From an uncultured Ignavibacteriota bacterium (GTDB lineage Bacteria > Bacteroidota > Ignavibacteria > UBA10030 > UBA8401): 64,000 bases of DNA. The translations under genes and the position numbers were made by a program. Every line of letters begins with the position of its first letter. The first letter of the stretch is position 1. Below are positions 19,326 through 29,193 of this stretch, piece after piece. The notes beneath the pieces were generated by a model. That model worked only from the letters and a program-made list of their open reading frames with translations. It ran no database searches and was not told where the DNA came from. Location: NCBI GenBank assembly GCA_903958625.1, contig CAJBTU010000084.1, positions 7,472-71,471 of the forward strand. The letters run 5' to 3'.

Positions 19326-20440
19326 TGCTGTATCATCTGCTCATCTGGATCGAACATGTCTATCATCCGCCCGGATTCGGCGTGGTGAAGTATCTCACAT
19401 TCCGCGCGGCGATGGCGGCCATCACGGCATTGTTCATCAGTTTCATCATCGGCGGGAAAGTGATTACGATGTTGAAAGCAAAGGGAATTGTTACAACGTA
19501 TCGTGAAGGATCTCCGGAAAAGCACAAGTTGAAAGCCGGAACCCCGATGATGGGGGGCATCATCGTTATTGCTGCGATCCTGGTCCCCACGCTGCTCTGG
19601 GGAGATCTGACGAACACGTATGTGCAGATGATCATTTTTGTGACCGGCGGACTTGGTGTGGTCGGATTCATGGATGATTACCTGAAGATCGTCCGGAAGA
19701 AGAAGGAAGGACTTATCGGCTGGTACAAGATCGTCGGACAAGTAACGATCGGACTGGTGCTTGGTTATGTGTTGTATTCCATGCCGGAACTGAAATCGAT
19801 CAATGCCAATACGGTAACAACGGTACCATTCTTTAAAAATTTGGAATTCGATTTCGGCATCTTCTATATCCCTCTTGTCATCTTCATCATCACGGCAACA
19901 TCGAATGCGGTGAACCTGACGGACGGTCTTGACGGACTCGCGATCGGAACATCGGGGATCGTAGCGATGACGCTTGGCATCATCGTATATATTTCCGGCA
20001 ATATCGAGTTCAGCAATTATTTGAACATCATTTATCTCCGCGGCAACGGTGAATTGATCGTCTTTTGCATCGCCCTTGTCGGTGCCTCATTAGGATTTTT
20101 ATGGTACAATTCCTATCCGGCGCAGATCTTTATGGGTGATACTGGCTCGCTTGCGCTTGGCGGAGCGATCGGTGCATTAACGGTAATGGCCAAAAAAGAA
20201 CTCATCCTGCCGATTCTTGGCGGAATATTCTTTATGGAAACTGTGTCGGTGATCGTGCAGAGGCTGTACTTCAAATACACGAAGAAAAAATATGGTGAAG
20301 GCCGCCGCGTGTTCAAAATGGCGCCGATCCATCATCATTTTGAACTGCTCGGCTGGGCGGAACCTAAGATCGTCACACGGTTCTACATTCTGGCAATTCT
20401 GATGATGATTTTGAGTTTAACAACATTCAAAGTGCGGTAA
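19325..20440 (+). CDS. mraY: phospho-N-acetylmuramoyl-pentapeptide transferase
   Basis: NAVNLTDGLDGLA and MAPIHHHFE motifs, polytopic. TGATG overlap with murF. Confidence 0.95.
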   Translation: MLYHLLIWIEHVYHPPGFGVVKYLTFRAAMAAITALFISFIIGGKVITMLKAKGIVTTYREGSPEKHKLKAGTPMMGGIIVIAAILVPTLLWGDLTNTYVQMIIFVTGGLGVVGFMDDYLKIVRKKKEGLIGWYKIVGQVTIGLVLGYVLYSMPELKSINANTVTTVPFFKNLEFDFGIFYIPLVIFIITATSNAVNLTDGLDGLAIGTSGIVAMTLGIIVYISGNIEFSNYLNIIYLRGNGELIVFCIALVGASLGFLWYNSYPAQIFMGDTGSLALGGAIGALTVMAKKELILPILGGIFFMETVSVIVQRLYFKYTKKKYGEGRRVFKMAPIHHHFELLGWAEPKIVTRFYILAILMMILSLTTFKVR

Positions 20441-20447
20441 TTGAATC

Positions 20448-21833
20448 GTGAACATTGCAGAATTATCCGGTAAAAAGATCAGTGTCATCGGTGCGGAACG
20501 GAGCGGGGTTGCCGTGGCAATGCTGTTGTATTCTGCAAAAGCATTTGTGTTCGTCAGCGATTTCGGAAACAGTGAAAGCACGCTGCGGCACATTGACGAG
20601 CTAAAAAAAAATAATGTTGAATGCGAATGCGGCGGACACAGCGAAAAAGTGTATGATTGTTCTTTGATGGTCGTAAGTCCCGGCGTGCCGACAAACGCGC
20701 CGGTCGTTCTGGAAGCACAAAAACGTGGAATACAAGTCGTTGCAGAGATAGAAGTTGCTAGTTGGTTTTGTAAAGGTCCAATTATTGCGATCACAGGCAG
20801 TAACGGAAAAACCACCACCACAACCTTACTCGGGAGGATATTCAGCGATGCAAAGAAAAAACACGTTGTTGCGGGTAACATTGGAACGGCGTTCTCATCA
20901 GTCGTTCTGGACGTTGATGAAGAGACTGTTGTCGTTCTGGAGGTGAGCAGTTTTCAGCTGGATGGTATCGATGCATTCCGACCGAAGGTCGCGGTCATTC
21001 TGAATATTACGCAAAACCATCTGGACCGGTATGACAATTCGATGGAAAAATATGCGGCGTCAAAAGCGCGGATCGTTATGAATCAAACGTCAGAAGATAG
21101 TTTGGTCTATAACGCGGACGATGAGTGGACGCACAAAAAAGTGAAGATTGAAAAATCAAAAGTTTTTCAATTCAGCTCAAAGCGGAAACTTGAACAGGGC
21201 GCTTTTGAAGAGAACGGAATGTTGAAGACGGCAATTGCGCATACGGAATCTTCCGTCATTGCCGTTGATGATATATCGATCAAAGGGGAACACAACCTTC
21301 AGAATGCAATGGCGGCAGCGCTGGCGGCACAACTGATGGGAGTGAAACCGGCGACGATCAAATCGACGCTGAGGAATTTTAAAGGGGTCGAGCACCGTCA
21401 GGAATTTGTACGCGAAGTGAACGGGATCAAGTACATCAATAATTCAAAAGCAACAACCGTTGAAGCGGTGGAGATGGCGCTGAAAAGTTATGACGAGCCG
21501 ATCGTATTGATTATGGGGGGAAAAGATAAAGGGAATGACTATTCAACGATCTACGATCTGGTGAAGAAAAAAGTGAAGGCTATTGTTGCAACAGGGTATT
21601 CCGCCGAGACGATCGTGAAGAATTTTTCCGATAAAGTGTCCGTGGTAAAAGTTGCAACGATCGGTGAAGCAAAACCGAACATTGAATCAATGAAAAAAAC
21701 GATTGAAACGGCTTCATCGCTCGCAAGGAAAGGAGATATTGTTCTTCTCTCTCCGGCCTGCACGTCGTTCGATTGGTTCATGGACTACGAAGAACGCGGA
21801 AGGATATTCAAACAATTGGTTCATCAATTATAA
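20448..21833 (+). CDS. murD: UDP-N-acetylmuramoylalanine--D-glutamate ligase
   Basis: ITGSNGKTTTT and GVEHRQE motifs, GTG start, dcw position. Confidence 0.9.
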   Translation: MNIAELSGKKISVIGAERSGVAVAMLLYSAKAFVFVSDFGNSESTLRHIDELKKNNVECECGGHSEKVYDCSLMVVSPGVPTNAPVVLEAQKRGIQVVAEIEVASWFCKGPIIAITGSNGKTTTTTLLGRIFSDAKKKHVVAGNIGTAFSSVVLDVDEETVVVLEVSSFQLDGIDAFRPKVAVILNITQNHLDRYDNSMEKYAASKARIVMNQTSEDSLVYNADDEWTHKKVKIEKSKVFQFSSKRKLEQGAFEENGMLKTAIAHTESSVIAVDDISIKGEHNLQNAMAAALAAQLMGVKPATIKSTLRNFKGVEHRQEFVREVNGIKYINNSKATTVEAVEMALKSYDEPIVLIMGGKDKGNDYSTIYDLVKKKVKAIVATGYSAETIVKNFSDKVSVVKVATIGEAKPNIESMKKTIETASSLARKGDIVLLSPACTSFDWFMDYEERGRIFKQLVHQL

Positions 21834-23005
21834 TGGCATCAGAAAAAAATCATATTGACCGTATCACGCTATTTGTCGTCCTGATCCTGATGGTGGCAAG
21901 CACCGTTGTCGTCTACAGCGCTTCGTCAACATGGGCAATGCAGAAAATGCAGTCGTCGAGCGGTTTGGTGAATAAGCACATCACCAAGATCCTCGTCGGA
22001 CTGGTTGTGATGTTCTTTGCCATTAATATGGATTACAAGAGATATAAGCCGCTGACAAAATGGGTTTTGATCGGATCAATTCTGCTGCTGTTTGCTACGC
22101 GCGCACTTGGAGGAGAAGTAAAAGGGGCGGCACGATGGCTGTCCGTCGGCGGATTCAGTTTGCAGCCGTCGGAGATCGCTAAATTTGCGCTGTTGTTTCA
22201 CCTTGCGTATCTGCTTTCCAACAAACGGGAAAAACTTGCCGATGTCAAGACCGGTTTTATGCCGTTGATGATCTGGATCGGCCTTGTCGTATTACTGGTG
22301 ATGATCCAGCCGAATTTCAGCACGGGATCAATGATCTTTGCCCTCGGCATGATCCTGGTGTTTGTCGGCGGCGCCAGGATAAAACATGTTCTGTTTTCAC
22401 TGATGGGACTGATCCCTGCACTGCTCATCTATATGGTGAGCGCGCCGTACAGAATGAAACGGATCCTTTCCTATGTGGGATTTGGGAGTGATGAGACGGT
22501 GACAACAACCGCAAACTATCAATTGCTGCAGGGGATCATCGGTTTCGGAAACGGCGGGATATTCGGTGTTGGAATGGGACAAAGCAAGCAGCGCGATCTG
22601 TTTCTTCCCGAATCATACGGCGATTTTATCTTTTCCATAGTGGGAGAGGAGTACGGATTGATCGGCACAATTATTTTCATCGGTTTGTTTCTGACGATCC
22701 TGCTGCGCGGATTGAAGATCGCAAAATATGCACCGGATGATTTCGGAAAATATCTGGCGATCGGAATTACATCGACGATCGTATTGTATGCTATCGCTAA
22801 TGCGCTTGTAACACTTGGATTGATGCCGACGACGGGAGTTCCCATGCCGTTCGTCAGCTATGGAGGCACGGCGATCATCTTTTCGTCGTTTGCCGTCGGC
22901 GTACTGTTGAATATTTCTTCACAGACGGACCTTCATCCACGCGAACGGCTATTTGTTGAGCAGCCGTCGATGAAGATTGAACCGGCCGTCGGAAAAATCT
23001 ATTGA
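21833..23005 (+). CDS. ftsW: SEDS-family lipid II flippase/peptidoglycan polymerase FtsW
   Basis: Polytopic, with LQPSEIAKF and PTTGVPMPFVSYGG motifs. Start placed at the ATG at 21833 (TAATG overlap with the murD stop) instead of the track's 21773. Confidence 0.9.
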   Translation: MASEKNHIDRITLFVVLILMVASTVVVYSASSTWAMQKMQSSSGLVNKHITKILVGLVVMFFAINMDYKRYKPLTKWVLIGSILLLFATRALGGEVKGAARWLSVGGFSLQPSEIAKFALLFHLAYLLSNKREKLADVKTGFMPLMIWIGLVVLLVMIQPNFSTGSMIFALGMILVFVGGARIKHVLFSLMGLIPALLIYMVSAPYRMKRILSYVGFGSDETVTTTANYQLLQGIIGFGNGGIFGVGMGQSKQRDLFLPESYGDFIFSIVGEEYGLIGTIIFIGLFLTILLRGLKIAKYAPDDFGKYLAIGITSTIVLYAIANALVTLGLMPTTGVPMPFVSYGGTAIIFSSFAVGVLLNISSQTDLHPRERLFVEQPSMKIEPAVGKIY

Positions 23006-24087
23006 TGATGACGATACTTTTTGCCGGCGGCGGAACAGGCGGTCACCTCTATCCCGCAATTGCGATTGCGGAAGAGATCAAGAAAATAGATCCGGATGCA
23101 AGGATCGCGTTTGTCGGTACGAAAGAAAAGATTGAAGCGCGCGTCGTTCCGCAAAAAGGATTTGAGTTTTATACGATCTGGATCAGCGGATTCAGCAGAA
23201 GATTACGGTTGAACAACATTCTGTTCCCGGTGAAGGTCGTCGCAGCATTGTTTCAGTCGTTCTTTGTAATAAAAAAAGTGCATCCGAACGTCGTTATTGG
23301 TACCGGCGGATATGTCTGCGGACCGATCCTGTTCGCAGCTTCAGTACTTGGTATCCCGACAGTCGTTCATGAAAGCAACAGTTTTCCCGGCGTAACAACG
23401 CGCATGCTTGCTTCGAGAGTTTCAAAAGTATTTATCACCTTTGAAGTGACAAAAAAATGGCTTTCGTCATCCGCGCAGGTTGAACTTGTCGGGAATCCGA
23501 CGCGCAGCGAATTATCAAAGGTGTCGAGGATAGAGGGAAGTAATTATTTTACTCTCGATCCGGACAAAAAAACCGTATTCGCCTTTGGAGGAAGTTTGGG
23601 CGCGGCATCGATCAACAAGGCAATGCCGGATTTAGTGAAGGATGCTGTTGCACGGAATTATCAGATCATATGGCAGACCGGTGAAGCGGATTGGCAATCG
23701 GCGAACGCCGTTCAGCAGCATCCGAATATCAAAGTGATGAAATATGTTGACCGTATGGATTGCGGATATGCCGCCGCCGATGTTGTGGTAAGCCGGTCCG
23801 GTGCAACAACGCTGGCGGAATTAACGCGGCTTGGTAAACCGGCGATACTTGTTCCGTATCCGTTTGCCGCGGCAAATCATCAGGAAATGAATGCGCAAAC
23901 AATGGTCGAATCCGGTGCAGCAGTGATGGTTAAGGATTCTGAATTACGCGAAACGCTTCTTTCAACGGTTCGGGAATTATTGTTTGACGAGATGAAACGT
24001 GAAGTGATGGGCAGAAAAAGCCTTCAACTTGGGAAACCGGATGCAGGACGGGAAATAGCAGAGAAGGTTCTAACATTGAAGCGTTGA
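23005..24087 (+). CDS. murG: undecaprenyldiphospho-muramoylpentapeptide beta-N-acetylglucosaminyltransferase
   Basis: GGGTGGHLYPAIA, SRSGATTLAE. ATG at 23005 overlaps the ftsW TGA; TTG at 23002 is an alternative start. Confidence 0.95.
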   Translation: MMTILFAGGGTGGHLYPAIAIAEEIKKIDPDARIAFVGTKEKIEARVVPQKGFEFYTIWISGFSRRLRLNNILFPVKVVAALFQSFFVIKKVHPNVVIGTGGYVCGPILFAASVLGIPTVVHESNSFPGVTTRMLASRVSKVFITFEVTKKWLSSSAQVELVGNPTRSELSKVSRIEGSNYFTLDPDKKTVFAFGGSLGAASINKAMPDLVKDAVARNYQIIWQTGEADWQSANAVQQHPNIKVMKYVDRMDCGYAAADVVVSRSGATTLAELTRLGKPAILVPYPFAAANHQEMNAQTMVESGAAVMVKDSELRETLLSTVRELLFDEMKREVMGRKSLQLGKPDAGREIAEKVLTLKR

Positions 24088-24176
24088 CGGGAAAAGCGAA
24101 ACGAAAAAAAAAGATCTGTTAATTTATTAACCGATGTTACGCAGAAAGTATGAAAGTAGTAAAAATGGTTCGGCGC

Positions 24177-24264
24177 GGCGCAACAACCATGTTCATCCTG
24201 AGCAAATGCCGATGTTGTTTATCGGCATGCGCCGAAGGATGAACTAATATATTAAGGTTGCGCC
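24177..24264. repeat. 88-bp three-tier nested palindromic element in the murG-downstream spacer
   Basis: Outer arms GGCGCAAC (24177-84) / GTTGCGCC (24257-64). Middle arms GTTCATCC (24191-98) / GGATGAAC (24237-44). Inner perfect 8-bp hairpin ATGCCGAT (24206-13) / ATCGGCAT (24221-28) with a 7-nt loop. No U-tract follows. Confidence 0.7.
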
Positions 24265-24348
24265 TTGCTCACCATGAACAGCATTTATGATTTGCGTAAT
24301 ATCAGTCATTAACATCAATAAGTATTCTGTTTATGTTCAGGGGGAATA

Positions 24349-24963
24349 ATGAAACAAAAAGCAAGCACAGTTCTTCTTCTTGCGATGATTTTTGTGTCGG
24401 TGGTTTACGGATATTTGATCGTGAGGTCCGCCTACAGTAAAAAGCATATTGAAAATTACACGGCGCTTGAAACGATACACTCATTGGAATACGGAGATAT
24501 TTCCGTGGAACGATACTATCGCAATGGCAAGAATGTCAAAGCGTTCGGATTCTATAAGGATGGAACGTTGAAATCAGAATTTTATGCCACGGATAATACA
24601 GGGTATTCTTCAAAATACATCAGCTATTATCCTGACAAGAAGATCGAAACAAGGTCGTTGAAATGGTTCGAAGGAGAAGTAAAACATTATCTATATGAAG
24701 AATATTTCCCGAATGGAAAACCGCGCCGCCGTGAAGGGACAAAACTTTCAAAATGGGAATATTACGATGAAAACGGAGAGCCAACATTATTCTATCTTCG
24801 AAATGGCGAACGAATTACGGAAGTGACATTCTTTCCGGGATCAAGGAAACAGGAAGAAAGCGACTTCTACAAAGGCAAACGGGACGGGAAATGGGTGCAG
24901 TGGGATACCACCGGAAAACAGACACGGAACGAGATATATCAAAATGGTGTGAAGATCAACTGA
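24349..24963 (+). CDS. membrane-anchored MORN-variant repeat protein (YwqK-like)
   Basis: N-terminal TM helix followed by repeats of the Y..NG....F.YY.(D/N)G type (YYRNGKNVKAFGFYKDGT, EEYFPNGKPRRRE, WEYYDENGEP, FYKGKRDGKWVQWDTTGK). Confidence 0.65.
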   Translation: MKQKASTVLLLAMIFVSVVYGYLIVRSAYSKKHIENYTALETIHSLEYGDISVERYYRNGKNVKAFGFYKDGTLKSEFYATDNTGYSSKYISYYPDKKIETRSLKWFEGEVKHYLYEEYFPNGKPRRREGTKLSKWEYYDENGEPTLFYLRNGERITEVTFFPGSRKQEESDFYKGKRDGKWVQWDTTGKQTRNEIYQNGVKIN

Positions 24964-25448
24964 TGCATAACGAATTCAAATATAAACTGGATTTCTATTA
25001 TCAGCAGGCACTGATCTATTTGCTGACGCTGATCCTGTATGCGGGAGTTAAGGGAACGTTTCTTGAAAACAACTTCACACTCGTGTCCAACGATCCGATC
25101 ATGTATATCATCGCATTCTTTGTCGGCGTCTCTTTTTTGACCCTGCTGTTGAATCGTATCCGTGACCGAAAAGTAATTGTGACGGACAGTGAGATCATTT
25201 TTCAACACCGTTTCAACCGGCGCTCTATCGCCAATACCGATATTGAATGGATCCATATCGGCAAAGAACGGTCGGTGCAGACGGCTGGGCGGTTTCAGAT
25301 CGTCATCATTAAAACGAAACACCGGCGCCGCGCCTTCAGGATCCGTCTCGGACGGTATGAACGGGAACGGGAATTATTGAAACTGCTGGAACAGATATCG
25401 GAACGGACACCAAAAAGACAAAAACGGTTTCAATTTAGAAAAAAATAG
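24963..25448 (+). CDS. two-TM membrane protein with a possible bacterial PH-like (bPH) domain
   Basis: ATG at 24963 overlaps the upstream TGA (TGATG). Two hydrophobic helices are followed by VIVTDSEIIFQHRF...IEWIHIG...FQIVIIKTKHRR, which resembles YdbS/YdbT-type PH domains. The track's longer 24891 start is rejected. Confidence 0.55.
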   Translation: MHNEFKYKLDFYYQQALIYLLTLILYAGVKGTFLENNFTLVSNDPIMYIIAFFVGVSFLTLLLNRIRDRKVIVTDSEIIFQHRFNRRSIANTDIEWIHIGKERSVQTAGRFQIVIIKTKHRRRAFRIRLGRYERERELLKLLEQISERTPKRQKRFQFRKK

Positions 25449-25554
25449 TTGAATTGGCGGAAGCCTTGTTATTGGATGGAATAGATCGGCATACGGACGA
25501 TGGAAACGCAATACATAAATAACTAATCATCGACTTAAATACTCAACGACAAAT

Positions 25555-26934
25555 ATGTTTTCTTCCATAAAAAAATTACACTTCGTCGGCATCGGCGGAA
25601 TAGGAATGAGCGGGATCGCCGAGATTCTGCTCGATCAGGGATTCAAGATCAGCGGATCGGACCGCGCCAAAAGCGACGTAACAGAACGCCTGGAATCGCT
25701 CGGTGCAACGATCTACGAAGGACACAAAGCGGAAAATATTGCGCCTGATGTTGATACGCTTGTTTATTCATCCGCGGTCATCAACGATAATCCCGAAGTG
25801 CAGGAAGCGGTTCGGCGTAAGATCCCCACCGTTCGCCGTGCCGAGATGCTGGCCGAAGTGATGCGGTTGAAATATGGAATCGGTATCGCCGGCACACACG
25901 GAAAAACAACAACAACATCAATGGCAAGTCTGGTGCTGATGGAAGGGGGACTCGATCCAACAGTGATCGTTGGCGGAAAGCTGAGCGGTCTTGGAGGAAC
26001 GAATGCGCGGCTCGGCAAAGGTGAGTTTATCGTTGTGGAAGCGGATGAGTTCGACCGTTCGTTCTTATCATTGACGCCGACCATTGCCGTTATGACAACC
26101 CTGGAAACCGACCATCTGGATTGTTACCGCGATCTGGAAGATATCAAGAGCGCCTTTATACAATTTGCGAACAAAGTTCCGTTCTACGGTTTCGTTGTGC
26201 TGAATCTTGACGAACCGGCATTGCAGGATATTCTTCCGCAGCTCAGCAAGAAAAAGATTATTACCTACGGACTTCAATCGCCGCAAGCCGATGTACAGGC
26301 GGTGGATATTCAACACAAAGAGAACAAGACGATCTTCACGGTTTTGCAGGGTAAGAACGAGTTGGGTCAGGTAACGCTGCAGATTCCCGGAAAGCATAAT
26401 GTGCAAAATGCTCTTGCGGCTATAGCGGTCGGGCTGAATTTGAATGTTCCCTTTGAAAAAGCTAAAGCGGGAATCGAAAAATTCACCGGTGTTTACCGCC
26501 GCTGGGAAAAGAAAGGTGAAGCAAAAGGAATTGTCGTGTATGATGACTATGCGCACCATCCGACGGAATGCAGGGCAACACTGAGCGGTGTGAAATCCGG
26601 ATGGAGAAACAGGGTTGTCTGCCTGTTTCAACCGCATTTGTATTCGCGGACAAGGGATTTCTATGAAGAGTTTGGAAAGGCGTTCCTTTTTGCGGATGTG
26701 CTTGTGGTAACAGATGTGTATCCTGCACGCGAAGAACCGATCCAGGGCATTACGGGAGAGCTGATCGTGAATGCGGCAAAACAGTACGGTCATAAAGAAG
26801 CGCACTATATTCAGGATAAGAAAAATGTTCCGGCATTTGTGAAAAGCATCTCCAAAAGCGGCGATATCGTGATCACGATGGGTGCCGGGGATATCTGGAA
26901 ATTCGGCGAGCAGTTCTTAAAGGAAATTCAATAG
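25555..26934 (+). CDS. murC: UDP-N-acetylmuramate--L-alanine ligase
   Basis: FVGIGGIGMSGIAE, AGTHGKTTTTSM, DDYAHHP. Confidence 0.95.
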   Translation: MFSSIKKLHFVGIGGIGMSGIAEILLDQGFKISGSDRAKSDVTERLESLGATIYEGHKAENIAPDVDTLVYSSAVINDNPEVQEAVRRKIPTVRRAEMLAEVMRLKYGIGIAGTHGKTTTTSMASLVLMEGGLDPTVIVGGKLSGLGGTNARLGKGEFIVVEADEFDRSFLSLTPTIAVMTTLETDHLDCYRDLEDIKSAFIQFANKVPFYGFVVLNLDEPALQDILPQLSKKKIITYGLQSPQADVQAVDIQHKENKTIFTVLQGKNELGQVTLQIPGKHNVQNALAAIAVGLNLNVPFEKAKAGIEKFTGVYRRWEKKGEAKGIVVYDDYAHHPTECRATLSGVKSGWRNRVVCLFQPHLYSRTRDFYEEFGKAFLFADVLVVTDVYPAREEPIQGITGELIVNAAKQYGHKEAHYIQDKKNVPAFVKSISKSGDIVITMGAGDIWKFGEQFLKEIQ

Positions 26935-26997
26935 TTCGCGCATCTCCGGAAAGTATCGTTGGTCAGTGCAAGCAAAGTCGAATCACGACGGGGTGTA

Positions 26998-27795
26998 ATG
27001 AAGAATGATAAAATAATGGAAAACGAATTACCCAATATCGAAGTAGAAGAACAACAGCCGGTGCACGGAAAGCGCGTCTATCTCTATTTTGCCGTGCTGG
27101 CTGTTCTGATCTTGTCGGTGTTCGGTATTAAAGCGACTTGGCAAAGGCATGTTCCGGTGAGACAGGTTTTTGTTGAAGGGATCAGCGTTATTTCCAAAGA
27201 TGAGATCGTACGGTTGATGAAACTTCCGCCGAATGTTCCGATGTATGAACTCGATCTGTCGGCGCTTCAACGGAATATTCTGACGAATAGTTTTGTGAAA
27301 CGTGTCGTGATACAGCGAGATGCCCCATCGGCATTGCGCGTGATCGTTGAAGAACGGACACCGTCGGCCATCCTTCTTGCGAGCGACATGTTCTATATCG
27401 CATCAGACGGAACGGTGCTTCCGTATATCGCATCATCGGAAACGTACGACATTCCGGTCATCAGCGGTGTGGATTCGTTGAGCGGCATCAAAACCGGTCA
27501 AAAACTCTTCAACGCGGATGTTAGAGAGGCGTTGGACATTATTGATGCGTCGAAAATGACGAGCGACTATATCGCACATTCGATCTCCGAGATCCGTCTT
27601 CGCCGCGGTCACGATCTTGTCCTGTATTCGTTCGAGTCCGGTGTCCCGATCATTTTCGGAAAAGGTGAAGCAGTGAAAAAAATTGTGAAACTGGATGCTT
27701 TCTGGCAGAAATTCATCCAGAATAACGAAACAAAGGATATTCAATACATCGACATTCGGTTTGATGATCAGGTCATCGTGTCGAGAACATCATAA
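26998..27795 (+). CDS. ftsQ: cell-division protein FtsQ (POTRA domain)
   Basis: Position between murC and ftsA. TM helix (VYLYFAVLAVLILSVFGI) followed by a POTRA-like region (VRQVFVEGISVISKDEIVRLM). The start is ambiguous: TTG at 26959 or ATG at 26998. Confidence 0.75.
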   Translation: MKNDKIMENELPNIEVEEQQPVHGKRVYLYFAVLAVLILSVFGIKATWQRHVPVRQVFVEGISVISKDEIVRLMKLPPNVPMYELDLSALQRNILTNSFVKRVVIQRDAPSALRVIVEERTPSAILLASDMFYIASDGTVLPYIASSETYDIPVISGVDSLSGIKTGQKLFNADVREALDIIDASKMTSDYIAHSISEIRLRRGHDLVLYSFESGVPIIFGKGEAVKKIVKLDAFWQKFIQNNETKDIQYIDIRFDDQVIVSRTS

Positions 27796-27844
27796 ACAGT
27801 GCCGGATACCGCTAAGGTGTCAGAGACGCAAAAAAGGAAAAAGA

Positions 27845-29086
27845 ATGAACGAACATATTTATGTAGGATTAGACATTGGAACAACGAAGATCTGCGCGAT
27901 CGTTGCATCGGTCGCAGCAAATAATGAGATCAACGTTCTCGGCATCGGAAAGAGTAAATCGGAAGGATTAACGCGCGGAGTGATCACGCATATTGAACGG
28001 ACCGTTGAGTCGATCAAATCGGCTGTGCTTGATGCTGAAGCCCAATCCGGAGTGAAGATCCAATCCGTTGTAGCCGGAATTGCCGGAGACCATATACAGA
28101 GTTTTCAGAGCCGCGGTGTTGTGGCCATCAGCGGAGCCGAACAGGAGATTACCCAGGCCGATGTGAACCGGTTGATCGAAGACACGAAAAAGATCGCTCT
28201 TCCGTCCGACCGCAAGATTCTTCACGTCATTCCGCAGGAATTTATTGTTGATGGGCAGGATGGAGTCTATGAACCGGTGGGGATGTCGGGCGTGCGAATG
28301 GAAGCAACAGTTCACATCATCACCGGACTTGTGACGGCAACGCAGAACATCATTCGCTGCGTTCAGCGCGCCGGCGTGAGCGTGAGCGATATTGTACTCG
28401 AACCGTTTGCATCAAGCGATGCCGTTCTTGACGGCGAAGAAAAAGAGGTCGGTGTCGTTCTGATCGACATCGGCGGCGGCACGACCGATCTAGCGGTGTT
28501 TGCCGACCGGACCATTCGGCATACTGCGGTCATCGGTATTGCCGGTAGTAAAGTAACGGATGATATCCGCCGCGGCCTCGGCATCCTGACGACTCAGGCG
28601 GAAGAAATAAAATTGAAATACGGTCATACGCATATTTCATCCATCGCCGAGAACCATCCCTTCACGATCCCCGGTATCGGCGGACGCGAACCAATGACAA
28701 TCGACACCCAGATGTTGTGCCAGATCATTCAGCCGCGAATGGAAGAGATCTTAGAGATCGCCGCACTGGAGATCAAGCGTTCAGGATATCAGAAACATTT
28801 ATCGGCAGGTGTTGTGCTGACGGGAGGCGGCGCATTAGTAAAGGGAACTGCCGATCTTGCTCGTGAAGTATTAGGAATGCCGGTGAAGATCGGAATTCCC
28901 AAAGGATTTCGCGGTGGTTTCGTCCGTGAAATTGAAAATCCAATGTATGCAACCGGCGTCGGCCTTGTGCTTCACGCGATCAAAAGCCGTGCACGCGGAA
29001 CTGCATCAAACGTTCCGGAGACCAAGGTTCGTGGTGATAAACGGAATATTTTAGATAGAATGAAAGGCTGGTTCGACGAGCTGTAA
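27845..29086 (+). CDS. ftsA: cell-division protein FtsA
   Basis: VGLDIGTTKICAIV, DIGGGTTDLAVF (actin-like ATPase motifs). Start at the ATG at 27845; the track's 27695 start overlaps ftsQ. Confidence 0.95.
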   Translation: MNEHIYVGLDIGTTKICAIVASVAANNEINVLGIGKSKSEGLTRGVITHIERTVESIKSAVLDAEAQSGVKIQSVVAGIAGDHIQSFQSRGVVAISGAEQEITQADVNRLIEDTKKIALPSDRKILHVIPQEFIVDGQDGVYEPVGMSGVRMEATVHIITGLVTATQNIIRCVQRAGVSVSDIVLEPFASSDAVLDGEEKEVGVVLIDIGGGTTDLAVFADRTIRHTAVIGIAGSKVTDDIRRGLGILTTQAEEIKLKYGHTHISSIAENHPFTIPGIGGREPMTIDTQMLCQIIQPRMEEILEIAALEIKRSGYQKHLSAGVVLTGGGALVKGTADLAREVLGMPVKIGIPKGFRGGFVREIENPMYATGVGLVLHAIKSRARGTASNVPETKVRGDKRNILDRMKGWFDEL

Positions 29087-29193
29087 GATCCAGAAATAGT
29101 TTCAGTCTGTAATCTGAAGACCGATAATTTTAATGAAATCATAATTTTTTAACAAAAAATAATCTAACACTCACCAAACCAAAAGGAGTTATT

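Noticed and set aside
24121-24348. Possible tRNA, small RNA gene or CRISPR remnant in the murG-downstream spacer
   Set aside because: I could not fold any cloverleaf with T-loop (GTTCRANYC) and D-loop signatures. Only one copy of the palindrome is present and there is no repeat-spacer periodicity. It is reported instead as a nested palindromic element.
24349-25448. YwqK-like protein interpreted as part of a toxin-antitoxin or polymorphic-toxin immunity locus
   Set aside because: No toxin-like gene (LXG, deaminase or nuclease) is adjacent. The MORN-variant repeats alone do not establish an immunity function.
26068-26805. 245-aa minus-strand ORF inside murC
   Set aside because: It is antisense to murC, which has the GKTTT and DDYAHHP motifs. 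It is a shadow ORF.
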